In this document: piece by piece, positions 29,000-41,505 of the stretch
How positions within the stretch are numbered: position 1 is the first letter of the stretch
Layout: the number at the start of each line of letters is the position of its first letter
Assembly: GCA_028023455.1 (NCBI GenBank)
Contig: JAQFVV010000010.1
Span: 6,076,001-6,140,000, forward strand
Reading direction: 5' to 3'
DNA from: Epiperipatus broadwayi
Taxonomy: Eukaryota; Animalia; Onychophora
DNA: 64,000 nt
Notes under the pieces: generated by a model
Database searches by the model: none
The model's input: only the letters and a program-made list of their open reading frames with translations
Told to the model about the DNA's origin: nothing
Program-made: the position numbers and the translations under genes

Positions 29000-29990
29000 A
29001 CATTCTTCAGAATATGACAATATCCCAAGTCTATATGTTAATGGCCCAAAGCTCTAATCATTGTAGAAATCCATATAAAATCAAATATTTTTCATACTTT
29101 ACAAATCCAAAGTTTCATATTCGTCTATCCTTTTTATAAGCTAGGGAACTAAAAGTAAATAAATGAAGATTATTTAAGTCATCTTTGCAGATGAGATATT
29201 TTTTTTTTTTGCCAAATAATGTCAGAGTTTCAGGAAATTTGCAAGTAGGACTAATGGCAAATACTAAAAAACCTAAAATAATGTTGTTCAATGGATTTTC
29301 TCAGAACAAAAAAATCAAGATTGATAATCATAAGTCAGAAGTTAATAACTACAAATATCTTGGTCAGATTATTCATAATGAATGAAATTAATTATAGAAT
29401 TAATTGGAAGGAATGCTTGTGGTATAAATAACTGGTATTAAAAGGAAAGATGCTTATATTTCACTATAAACCCATCAACACTCCTTTAACACTTTAAGCA
29501 AATAATTTTATTTATTATTTGCTTAAAGTGTTAAAGGAGTGTTGATGAGTTTATAGTGAAATATAAAAAGAAGCAAAATATAGAGGGAGAAAGAAGAAAT
29601 GGATAAGAGTTATATATGAAAGATGCTTATGTGATATTGAATCTGAAAATTTTTAATATATTTGTTTTACCTTTTCTTGTTGTAGATCTGAGACTTGGAC
29701 CCTTAACATAAGAACAATAGGGACAAAATGAAATACATTAGCAAAAGAAAAAACAAGTCTCATTGACATCACTGAAAGAATTAAAAGACTAAAATGAGCA
29801 TATTGCTAGAAGAAATGATAATATATGAATAGTTGAACTTTTTAATTAGATCCCAAGAAATTGCAAAAAATCTAGAAAGAGAATATATGTAAGATTGATA
29901 GAAGAAGTAAGATTTCTGGTATGATGTAGAGAAGTAATGTTATGGATCAGAGAAACTTGATTAAATGTGAAGAGACATTCATCTTATGGG
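29000..29990 (+). mobile_element. Decayed RTE LINE 3' fragment
   Basis: GLMANTKKPKIM...YKYLGQII (ORF 29185), later SETWTL and HIARR motifs. Confidence 0.7.
29454..29566. repeat. Near-perfect inverted repeat (about 48-bp arms, 16-nt loop)
   Basis: ttatatttcactataaacccatcaacactcctttaacactttaagcaaa and its reverse complement, one mismatch. Confidence 0.9.
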
Positions 29991-29999
29991 TCAATATTA

Positions 30000-31750
30000 G
30001 TTGAAAATGATGATATATATATATATAAAGAAGATTGCCTTGACAATAATTTGAGATTGTTGATTGTTATTGATATTGCGATTGTCTAAGTGTTGACTGG
30101 TTTAATAATTATATATATATGCATGAACAGACATAGATAACAATGGATAACTAGATAGATAGATGTAGATATATAAATAGATAGATCAATAAATAAGTAA
30201 AAAGACAAATGCTTTTCTATTTATGACTAAGTAAAAGTTGAAAGAAAGATTATGACTAGAGAATGAGATAAGTAAGCAAATGGGGAGAAAGTAGAAAATA
30301 AAATAGGGAGAAAAAGTGTTAGTGAGGGGAGTAAATAAGAAAGCTAATAGAGAGAATAAAAGAGAGGTAGATAATGAAAGATATAGAGAGGTAGGTAGAA
30401 CAGTAAAAAGGGAGGAAGGAGAGGTAAGAAGAGATAGATTGGCAAAGACAGACATACAAACAAATAGATAAATATAAATATGGGAAGCAGGCAGAGGTAA
30501 AAAGAGAGATAGATTGTCAAAAACAGACATACAAACAGATAAATATTAATATGAGGAAGGTAATTAAGGAGAAAGGCAGGCAGGGGGACAAAAAAAAATA
30601 GATGTCTATAGAAAGGTGAATAAATAGATAGTTAGGAAGAAAGATAGAAAGGTGGCAATATGAAATTAGAAAAAAAGGAAAATAAATAGAAAATATAAAC
30701 TTAAATAAGTAGATATTTAGATAGCTATTTATAGAGGGGGAGATAAACAGAAAAAAAAAGGGAAAGATATGTATGTAGGGAAGTAAGGAGAGAATTAGTT
30801 AAAAAACAGCAGACAGATAGATAATAAGAGAGATAGATATAAGTAGATAGAGAAGTAGACATAGTTAGAAAGATAGATATGAATAAATAGAGAAAATTAT
30901 AGTTAAATGTACAAACACAAACAGATAGGTATAGTGAAAGATTGGTAGATAAGCAAAAAAAAAAAAAATAGGGAGGAAAGAAAAGAAAGGGGAGAGGGAA
31001 GGAGAAACAAAAAATGGGAAAGGGAAAAGAGAGGGTGAGAAAAGGAGACAGATAAATAGATAGATAGATAAGTAAAAAAAACAGATAAATGAAGAGGGAA
31101 TTGACCATCTAATGAATATACAGAAATAGAGAGGGATCATTGGGTATAAAGATGGATCAGTAGACAGATAAATAAGAAGGTAAGGAAATAGATTAGAGAT
31201 AAGTGGATAGTGAGATAGGTGAGTAGATAGATAGAAAGACAGTTAAGAAGGGAGATACATAGACAGATAGAGGCAGATAGATAGTTAAGTATACAGAAAA
31301 TTCAATATAAATAGATGGGAAGATAAGTATTTAAACAGAAGGATAATTAAGTAAGGAAGTACATAGGTAGATAGTGAGGAAGAAGAAAGCAAATAGGGAA
31401 AAAGGAGAAAAAAGACAAACAAATAAATAGGTAGATAGGTCTTTAGTTGCTAAATAAGTTAGATGATGAGTCAGTGGGTGTACGAGTGAGTCAATCAATA
31501 GACCAAATGATCAATGGAGTAATCAATGGATAAATAGATAGGTAGTTTAAAAGATGGGTGGTGAGATAGGAAGGATAGGTGGGTAGATAGATGTGATAAG
31601 TTGGTGAGTGAGAATAATTATATCAATCAGTTGATAGGTTATATAGAAATGTAGAAAGGTGGGGAATAGAAGTTAGGAGAGAGGAAAAATGAATAGTTAG
31701 TTAAATGAGCAGCTAATAAAATGGGTAGATAAATATGTATATGTAAAAAA
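30000..31750. repeat. Purine-rich degenerate (ATAG)n/(AG)n low-complexity tract
   Basis: Strong A/G bias on + with many atag/agat units; source of spurious F/L/S-rich minus-strand ORFs. Confidence 0.85.
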
Positions 31751-32229
31751 GAAATTATAGGAGCAATAATGATTTTTTCATTAACTGCACATTTCATCCA
31801 CATATCAGATTCAAAGACAGTTTTATCTTTTGATCATTCTTAAATTGGTAATAAAATGATTTCAGATAAACATATTACACTATGTACATTATATATAATA
31901 ATTACAGCACTGTGTATATTTTATCTCTTAATCTGCCTTTGGAAATGACCTCAGAATAAAATTTACACTAACTGAATCTAATATGTAAAATGAAATATGT
32001 GGTGCAGCTTAAATAAATTAAAATTATTTTAGCATTTAAAAACCTTTCAATTAATCAAAATTTATAATATATATATATATAAAATAACAAAATGAAGTGA
32101 TACCAAATGATCAAAGTACTGCCTATATTTTTTATAAACAATTGCTACATTGATGACACAATCAAACTAAATTCTGTAGAAAAGTGTTTCAGGTACAATC
32201 ATTCTTATTTAACTGGCTCAAGCTAATCG

Positions 32230-33180
32230 TCAGCAATATTTTCAATTATTATCAATATATGCAGGATGAAGGTCTCTCCAAGTTCAATCAATCTTGTCCG
32301 ATATCTAGCTTCTCTTCTCCACATAACACCGGCACTTTTCCTTATTTTAATCCATCACTGTGGTCTCTTTCTAAGTATTTTACAATCTCTTGAAATCCAG
32401 TTTAAGATTTCAACTGTCATCTATTTATTATCATCTCTTCTAGCAATATGTCCAGCCCAACTCCACTTCAGTCTCTTAATTCTTTCAACAATGTCAGTAA
32501 CGCATTTGTTCTCTCATCCATGTATTTCGTTTTAGATCTCTTCTTGTTATTCTTAACATGCATCTCTCCATACTTCCTTGAGTGATCTGAAGTCTCTGTA
32601 TTGCTTTTTTGTTAAATGTCCAAGTCTCAGATCTATAAATAAGAACTGGTAAAACACATCTATTAAAAAAACCTTCATTTCAAATATCACATGATCACTA
32701 TCTCATACTAGCACTACTATATGGAGAGTTTTGCATTTTCAAATACTTAGATATATTTCCTTATAATATTATTTCTACCAAAAGCACTCCAAGTTTTAAT
32801 TCTATGATTAATTTCATCCACTATGTTTCCATCTGTAGTAATAATATGACCAGAGTATTTGTAATAGTTAATTTCTAACTCACTATTACAATCTTTATTT
32901 TCTTCTTTTGAGAAAATCCATTGAATATTACTTTAGTCTTTTTAACATAACTCTTTTATTCTCTTCTATAACTTTCCTTACTAGTTTACAATTATACTTT
33001 CTTATGTCATTATCAACTTTTTCATACCATTTTTATAAAATCTGAGATATTCAATCCTTCTTAATGTGTAATTTCTATATAGTTTCATCTAAATATATAT
33101 AAATCTTATAGAGAGTAAACCCAGCTTTTAATATAAAAATAAAATTTACTTTTTCAGAAATATCACTTTCAATAATTAAA
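32230..33180 (-). mobile_element. RTE LINE 3' fragment, same family as 29000-29990
   Basis: CVLPVL..SETWT.NKKAIQRLQ...MERCML...KW.WAGHIARRDD on minus; nucleotide similarity to 29270-29440. Confidence 0.75.
32687..32734. mobile_element. Minimal (48-bp) copy of the hammerhead repeat family inside an RTE fragment
   Basis: tcacatgatcactatctcatactag joined to cactactatatggagagttttgc; flanks atttcaaata / attttcaaata. Confidence 0.65.
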
Positions 33181-33614
33181 TAAAGTTGAAATTATGTATT
33201 TAACATACATAATTTTAATAATCAAATTATGAAAATAATTATTAAATAATATATAAAATATTTTTCTGGACACTTTTTATTCCAAGTTAAGTATAAAAAT
33301 CCCAATTGTGGTTGAAGAAAAGTTATTTTTTTGACTTTTTAATGCATAAATAAATGCAATCAATTTTTAAGTATGTAGATATTTTTTATAATTATTCTTA
33401 TTTAAAACAAAAAATAAAAACGATGTTGTAGTTTGTGTAATATTTTAAAGAAAATTCATGGAGCATTAAAATTTAATTCCAATATAATTTTATTTATGAA
33501 AGAAATGTTATAAAACAAAGAAACTTTTACAATCAACTGAAATATATTTGTTTTTATTTTTATTTTAATTGGTCATTATTACTTTTTATGTAACCATTTT
33601 TTTTAAATATGTGA

Positions 33615-33712
33615 TGTGATGCACTATGACTTCTCCTTAAACGGAGTCAGGAATCTCTCAGCAACTATGTCCAGAGAAACCTGTTAGCCACCTTACCTTC
33701 CCTTTCCATAAA
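33615..33712 (-). mobile_element. 5'-truncated copy of the same LINE 3' UTR
   Basis: gcactatgacttctcctt...ccagagaaacc...tagccac matches 55212-55300. Confidence 0.6.
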
Positions 33713-33940
33713 AATGTTTGAAAAATATACTGCCCTCTAGTGTTCATCATTGAAAATTTACTGAACAGATATCAACATTTGAAATTTGATCAGTCAACAA
33801 ACTTAGAATATATAAACTACTTGACAACCTTGAAATCTTTCAGTTATATTGCATTATCATTGGTCGTTTACATGTACAATATTTTTAAAAAGTGTTTAAT
33901 AGAAATATGTTAAGACTTAATTACAAAATATATCCTAAAC

Positions 33941-36900
33941 CAGGCATGTCAAACTGGCGGCCCCAGGGCCGCATGCGGCCCTCGAAAGGATTTTTCATGG
34001 CCCTCGTCTAAGATGCTATGTAATAAAATGAAAACAGAACGATATGTTGCAAACAATAAATTAATTTTTTTTAAAAAGCTCTTATATTTAATTACATGAA
34101 CTAAAATATATACAGTAATTGTTGTCTACATACATAGCTAATTTATAATTCTCGGTTACACGCATAGCTTATGCCTTTATGATGATGAAGCATTTGAGAT
34201 ATGTGAATACCAAAGCTGGCAACGTTAATAATGTGCTGCTGTGCTTCCGAGAACATAAANNNNNNNNNNNNNNNNNNNNNNNNNNNAGCAATCCTATCTG
34301 CAGATATTGTTTTTTTCTTTGAATTGTAACAAAAGGCAGTTGCGCTAGTTTCTTTATCCGGATTGGTGTGTTAAAAATTTGCGGGTTGTTTCCTTTTATA
34401 ACTCATTCAAAAAATATAAGTAAACTGCTATATCCAAGAGTTTATATCTTTCTGAAACTAGTCAGACAGCATAAGAAATAACGAGCATGCATTTTGTTAT
34501 ATAATATTTTAATTATAATCAAACATGAGAAACAATAATATTTTACATATAAGTTAGTAACGATTACATTTCAGTTTGGAAAACACTAAAAGTTCTACAA
34601 TTTTACCAGTGTATGTTCGGCCTTGGGAAACTTTAGTGGCTTCGACCATTTCTAACCTACGGCCTTATGCACAGCTTTCTTCTTTGTCACATCTCTATCT
34701 TAATTGTCCGTGCTGGGAAGTCAGGACTGAGAGAGAGAGAAAAACGTAATCCGTACCTTTTATAGCTACCTCCATTTATCGAGCATAATTCCAGGAGCGA
34801 GAATCGATAGCAGCGCTCTTTTACATTTAAATACTAGAGTAGCGTTAAATTTTTACTGGCGTATTTTGCATAAACGTAGTTGCAATTTTTTAAATTTTAA
34901 AAATTTAAATCTAAAGCTCTATTTTTATTACAGAAAATGCCACTTCCAACGCTAAATAAAAAACGAAAGATTGATGACGAGGGAAGAAAATTTCAAGAAA
35001 GGTGGGAACTGAATTATTTTTGTGTGGAAGTGAACAATAAGATTACGTGCTTAATTTGCAAAGAAACTATTAGTGTTGCTAAAGAATACAATATTAAGCT
35101 TACATTATAGCACTAATCACGAAAAACAATTTTCGTGTTTTGAAGCTAAAATAAGAGAAGAAAATTAAAAACAATGAAGAATTCATTAAGTAGCCAGCAA
35201 GGAGTGCTTACAAAATTTATAAAAAGTAATGAATCAGTAACAAGAGCTAGTTATGAAATAAGCTATTTATTAGCAAAACATTCAAAAGCATTCACCGATG
35301 GTTCTTTAATCAAGGAATGTATAATAAAAGCTGCCGAATTTGTCTGTCCAGAAAAAGTACAAGCGTTTCGAGACATCTCATTATCAAGAAATACGGGGCA
35401 GATAGAATTACTGAAATGGCAGATGACATCACTTCGCAATTACAGAAAATATCTACCAAAATCCAGTTCTTTTCAATTGCTATTGATGAAAGTACGGATA
35501 TAAGAGATGTTGCACAAGTTGCTGTTTTTTTCGTGGTTGCGATAATAACATGAGGATCACCGAAGAATTGTTGGAATTCATCCCTCTTCACGGAACAACA
35601 ACTGGTGAAGATATTTTTGATGCCGTATGGAGCATTTTAGAAAAACTTAACTTGCCTGTTGACAAGCTTGTTTCTGTTACAACTGATGGTGCTAAATCGA
35701 TGACAGGTGAAACTAAAGGTTTTGCGCCACGACTAGCAAGGAAATTACAAGACGAATATCCAGATAAACCGAAAATCAAAGCTTTTCATTGCCTCATTCA
35801 CCAACAAGTTCTCTGTTTAAAATTATTAAAAATGGATCAAGTACTTAAAACAGTTACAAAGATAGTCAACTTTATTCGATCAAGAGCACTTAACCATCGC
35901 CAATTTACTTCGCTCCTTAAAGATTTAGAATCCGAATTCAAGATCTTCCTTATTACACAGAAGTTCGTTGGTTGTCCTGCCACAATGTCTTAAAGAGCTT
36001 CTATCTGATTTTGGAGGAAATAATATTATTTTTTGAAATGAAAGATGAAAACAACGAAAATATATCAATTATAAAAGATCCATTGTGGGTACAAGACCTA
36101 GCATTTTTAATAGATATTACAGGCCATCTGAATAATCTTAATATTACATTGCAAGGCAAAGATCAATTGATAACGAATATGTATGATGCAGTTGCAAGCT
36201 TTGTACAAAAACTGAATTTGTTTAAAAATCATTTGCAAAAGAACGTTTGACGTATTTTCCTACATGTGAGCAGTTAAAAGCACAAAATCAAAGTTGCTCG
36301 CTTTCACATCACTCTGCAAAAATTGAAAAATAAAAGACGAATTCGATAAACGCTTTGATGATTTCAAGGAGTTCGAAGAAATTTTTTTCTTTCACGGGAC
36401 CATTTGCCTTTGAAGTCGAAAAGCTCCGACTTCGATACAACTGGAATTAATTGATTTCCAGAATGATTCGATTTAAAAACCAAATATCGAGAAGTAGGAA
36501 CTCCGAAAATTTATTCCTATTTAGGTGAAAGATACCCGGAAATTAAAAAATTTGCTGCACAAATTTTAAGCTTTTTGGAAGTACATACTTATGTGAGAAA
36601 TTATTTTCATGCATGAAATTAAATAAAACAGCTTACAGATCAAGATTAACTGATAAACATCTATCTGCCATAATGAAAATTGCTTGTTCTCAGTCTTTGA
36701 ATCCAGATATTGAAAAACTAGTAAGAGGAAAACGCTGGCAAGTTTCCAGTAAAAACAATAAATTGTAGTTTTATAAATATGTAATCAGATAAAATAAATG
36801 TTTAAATAAAAGCAATACTATATCAATTGTATATTATTGAAGTGAATTCACTAAACTACATAATATGCTTTAATTACCCTATCTATATTCCTGCATTTTC

Positions 36901-37002
36901 ACTTTCAAAATACAATTTTAAGAAAATTTGTGTGATGTGGCCCGCGAGAATCTTACCAGTAGCATAAAGTGGCCCATTGTTTGAATGAGTTTGACATGCC
37001 TG
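33941..37002 (+). mobile_element. hAT (Charlie/SPIN-like) DNA transposon, 3062 bp
   Basis: 15-bp TIRs caggcatgtcaaact / agtttgacatgcctg, perfect 8-bp TSD tcctaaac (33933-33940, 37003-37010); N gap at 34260-34286. Confidence 0.95.
34937..36768 (+). pseudogene. Frameshifted hAT transposase (GTF2IRD2/SPIN-like)
   Basis: MPLPTLNKKRKIDDEGRKFQERW..CLIC..HY.TNH (BED finger), SIAIDESTD, TTDGA, HCLIHQ, EVRWLS, STYLCE, RSRLTD motifs spread over several frames (ORFs 35174, 35317, 35550, 35972). Confidence 0.9.
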
Positions 37003-37071
37003 TCCTAAACAAATAAAATTTCTAAGTTAAATAAACGTGTTTAAAAATAATTAATATATATACATTCTTAC

Positions 37072-37384
37072 CAGACGTTTCATCTTTATTATATTTAGGA
37101 GTAATTACTTCTTGAGTTTGCTGAGGAATAATTGTTTCATCTTTGGTTTTCATATTTATAGAAGTATCATCTTTATTTTGTGGTTTTGCAAGTACTAATG
37201 GGTTAACTATTTCTTCGGGCATTTTGTTTTCAACAGGTTTACTAGAATCAGGCATTTTGTTTTCAACAGGTTTACTAGAATCAGGCATTTTGTTTTCAAC
37301 AGGTTTACTAAAATCAGTTTTCACTTCATAATTAGGATTGTATCCTTCTGCATAATCTTTAACAAGTGTATCATCTATTGGAAC
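37072..37384 (-). CDS. Tango1: Tango1 exon 4 (luminal region, includes 3 x 11-aa repeat)
   Basis: Acceptor ttatag|GTT, donor G|gtaaga, 313 nt, phase 0 to 1; overlaps ORF 37022..37324. Confidence 0.85.
37218..37316 (-). repeat. Coding tandem repeat, 3 x 33 bp (11 aa, DSSKPVENKMP)
   Basis: Unit ggcattttgttttcaacaggtttactagaatca, nearly identical copies. Confidence 0.95.
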
Positions 37385-39479
37385 CTATAAATAATATTAA
37401 TATATATATATATAAAGAGAGAAAACATTTATATATGAATAAAAGTAAGTACAAATGTTTAATTCTTTGCACAAGAGAGATTACAATTACCAGGCAATGA
37501 TTTTATGATGAGATGATAATACTTGAGTGTTATTAATAAAAGTTGTTAATATTTGGCATTTTTTAACATAATTTAATCTAGCATATATCATAGAATTTTT
37601 TAAAAAAACCCAAGTATAATGGCTTACTGAGAAAGCAGAAATAATGAAGGAAAATAAAATATTTCTTGAATAAATTAACACATAGCTATACTAGAAATAT
37701 TATACTTCCATTGCAATTACTAAAATTATAGTAATAAACAGTAATCAATATTGTGATAGATTTAAATATGAATGAACACAAAACAAATATATAGTTATAT
37801 AGAAAAAGAGTGAAATAAAAAATAATGTTGAAAGTGCCAAGACATTCATTTCAATAGTGTAAAAGTAAAGATTAATGCTCAACAGAAATATCTGATTTAG
37901 CAGCCATTTTTAGTTTTATAGCATTCAAGTTAATGACTTAAGTTTTACCACTTTAAAATTTTTATATACATATATATAAAACTAGACAAGCATATTAGCA
38001 TGAATTCTAAACCTTAAGAGTGTTCAAGGTTTAATACTATTAATTTGAATGGGTTTTTTTAAAAAAAAAAAAATAACTGCTGGTTAAATATATGCAAATC
38101 AATGTTCTTTACTAATGAAGGCTTCTAAAAATTGATTACCTCTTTGGCACTATCATGATGATTCATGTTTATATAGATGACTATAAAGACATACAGAATT
38201 AATTATTACTGTTATTGCAATGTATATTGTCAGTGCATATTATCAATGCATATTATCTTGTATCAACTTTATATATTTTGTTGACAGATGGCTCTGTGGC
38301 TCTTTTTTTTGTTTATATAAAAACTGTTTCAAAGTGCATATTTCACACCATTATTTAATTACATTGAAATCAATTGAAAATGTTAGAATTCTGAATGATC
38401 AAAGATTTTATTTTAATTATAAGGTATTTCTATCAAGTAGGAGAGGATGAAGGAGAAGATTGGGAGAAAGTGAATAAGGAATCACTTTTATGAACTTGCT
38501 AAATAATAACCTTTCTTCTAATTCAAAAGCTATTATTTCTTTATATGATTGGAGATATATAAAGTGAATACATTTACATATAAAGAAAAAATGTTTGGGG
38601 ACAAGATTTATGAAATTTGCAAAAAACAAAAACATATTATGAATTCGTTTTTGTTTTTTTGTTGTTTTTTTTTGAGAAAAATAAAAATCAAGAAATAGAC
38701 ATGAAAGTATTCAAATAATGGACAATAGTTCTGGATTCAGGAAATGATCATCATTGAAAAGATGAAAAATATTTATTAATGTTAATAGTTGAAAACCTTC
38801 AGAAATACTCCAAAGAATTAAAAGTTACAAATCATTTTGAAATATAACCATACTTTGAAGATAGTTCAGATTTTTCTAATGAGATAAGACAATATATGCA
38901 GATAATATGAAATATGAAAATAATAAAAAATGACCTATTTAGAAAAACTAACTATTTGGAATTCTGTCAAATGATACAAGAATATAAATAAATATAATCA
39001 CAAAATGAGAAGCAAAGTCACACGAGAATAAAAATCTCAATAATATAAAACATTATTTAATAACTGAAACACAGGCTTATTATATACCTGTGTCTATATA
39101 TGTAATATATAGGGTACCCTATATATTATAAAACATTATTAAAAAAATAGGGATTACATTATGACATATGCAAAAGAATTCTAAAAAGAACAAGATAGTA
39201 ATGAAAAAAAAAAACTCTAAAGTAATCCATATAATAATGATAATATCAAATGAAATGCCAAGTTTTAAATGAAGAGATGTAAAATGCAATTAAATCTACA
39301 AAAAGTGAAAAAGTTACAGAAAATGAAGAAATCATTGTAGATATTTTAAAAGAAGATGATGAAATAGACAAATTGTAGTTTAATATATATTCCATGTATC
39401 TAAATAATAATGATACATCAGATGACTGAAAGAATACAATAGTACTATTAAAATTTAAAAAAGGGGAAAGATTTTAGGA

Positions 39480-40720
39480 ATGACAGATTTTTCAATTATC
39501 TATCAGTTCTACACAAGATATATAGTAAACCATACTGCAATTTCCACAAATAATTCTATATACAATTCCTTTTTTATATTTCATATCATCTCTTAATTTA
39601 TATTTACCTATTCATTTGTCAAAATTTTTACTATTATCCATTTTATGTTAATGCTTTTATCCATATAATTTTTATTTTTTAATAATATATGATAAATTTT
39701 AGAGAAATATGAAAGATTTATCCATGTTTTTATTATTCTTAGATCTGCTATTATTATTAATAATACAATTATTATTAACATTTGAAATTAGGTAATTTTA
39801 AGTCAATCAACATCACATGATCACCATTTCATATCCTTGCTCATAACTGTTATCAAAACAGGCAAAACTCTTTATACGTATTGCACAAGCCTTATGGCAT
39901 CCATTGATTACTCTGGTTTGCACTGAGTGGCAATAGTATAGGGAGCTTTGCCTGTTTTGTATTAGGTAGTTTATAATTAAAAAATATATTTTCAATACTC
40001 TTAGGGTTATGCCCATATTTTTTTGTATAATTTAATAAACTGTTCCTTTTGTAAAGTAGCTATACTTTTATCTGTATTACATCTATAATTTTTATGTTTA
40101 AAATTTTTAATAACTACCACCTTTTGTATCCATGCTTGTGAATCTATAGAAATTATTTTTCTTAATTTATCTTCTTTAATGAAATGTTTTAATGTATTTC
40201 TTTTATCATTATCTATAACATCAAACTCCATTTTTGTAGATTTAATATTATATATATATATATATTATTATTATTAAATTCTCTATACATATCGTTCATA
40301 GCTCTTTTGTTACCAATTATTAAGATATCATCCATATATCTAAAATTACATATTATTTTTTGATTTATTATTCTTTTTTTAATTATTTTAATTTCCAATT
40401 CATTAATAAATATTGATGACCTTAACTCACTAACTGCACAAATCATTACCTATCCTTTATGTATACTCCAATATTCATTATTGTGTTTAAAGTATAAACT
40501 ATTATGTGTTAATTTTAAATCTTCTTTTATAATATGTATTGTATTTATATCACCAATGTACATAGACAATTTCTGTATTAATATCTCATATACTTTTAAT
40601 TCTTGGAATATACATTTTCTGACATCCATTGTAAAATACCTTGGTTTCTATTGAGTTGTATCTTATTTAATTTACTTATGACAGAGTTTGTATTTTTAAT
40701 GCAAAATTAAAGTTTTATAT
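39480..40720 (-). mobile_element. Decayed Penelope-like element (RT + GIY-YIG endonuclease)
   Basis: Minus-strand peptides YFTMDVRK, LKLTHNSLYFKHNNEYWSIHKG, SIFINELEIKII, FRYMDDILIIG, followed by GIVYRIYCGNCSMVY (39534-39570); the RT then GIY-YIG order is diagnostic of PLEs. Many stops and frameshifts. Confidence 0.75.
39801..39960. mobile_element. Truncated copy of the hammerhead repeat family inside the Penelope remnant
   Basis: Family tail, short inverted arm and 3' body; flanks attaggtaattt / attaggtagttt. Confidence 0.75.
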
Positions 40721-40903
40721 ATATATATGTAAAGGTAATAAATCATTGAAACAAAAAGGAACTCTAAGAAATCACATGTTCTGCAGTGATGTTTCAAATC
40801 AAGATAAAACAGTTGAGTGTATTTTTTTCTTAATAGATCAGAACTTAAGCAACATAAATCCAGTGATCATGATCAAGTATATTTTTATTCTTGCAGAAAA
40901 GGT

Positions 40904-41017
40904 TTTTTTTTTTTCATTATGTCATAGCATCGGCCGGGAGGCGAACCCACAACCGCCTGCAGCCAACTACTTGCTTGCAAGACAGCTGCAATGATCTCTC
41001 GGCTAACAACGCTTGAC
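40904..41017 (-). mobile_element. Short tRNA-derived SINE or tRNA retrocopy with poly(A) tail
   Basis: GTCAAGCGTTGTTAGCCGAGAG (A-box-like)...GTGGGTTCGCCTCCC (B-box-like), A-tail, perfect 12-bp TSD tgcagaaaaggt (40892-40903, 41018-41029). Confidence 0.8.
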
Positions 41018-41361
41018 TGCAGAAAAGGTATTTTGTACAAAAAACTAGCACTAGTTTCAAAAGTACTTTCAAAAACATGTAGGAGGATTATATAAATGTG
41101 ATCGGTGTGATTTTAAAACTAGAAGAGGCAACAATCATTTAAAAGGAGTTTTTAATGTTTCATACAGAAGGAAAGTTTTACTACCTATACTGCCACGCTC
41201 CCATTAAGACTTAATTTTAAATTGCATTTAAAGATATACCATCCAAAAAATGCAGGAATATTTTAATATTATTTATGTATTTTCACTATTCTGAATTCTT
41301 CTGGTGTTTGACTCTTTTTAACTTCACATTTTTATAATTAATTACTTCATTTGCAAAGATA

Positions 41362-41505
41362 TAACCATTAAACATCACATAATCACCATTTTCCATGCTC
41401 TCAAATCCAAAGTACTTCACTGATGAAAACCATACGCTAAAAACTAGTCTATTGGATAACTAGACAATAGATAGGAATTTTAGGAATAAACCATCTTGTC
41501 TCTGT
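41362..41505 (+). mobile_element. Diverged copy of the hammerhead repeat family
   Basis: Tail motif plus CTGATGA (41420-41426)...AAAACTAGTC; 8-bp TSD caaagata. Confidence 0.65.

Noticed and set aside
30186-31140. Minus-strand ORFs of 91-127 aa rich in F/L/S/Y
   Set aside because: Artefacts of the purine-rich low-complexity tract; no splice context or domain.
33620-33712. Structured repeat shared with 55212-55300, considered as an HDV-like ribozyme
   Set aside because: Lies 3' of a LINE zinc-knuckle region and ends in a short-repeat tail, so it is a LINE 3' UTR; no nested pseudoknot could be drawn.
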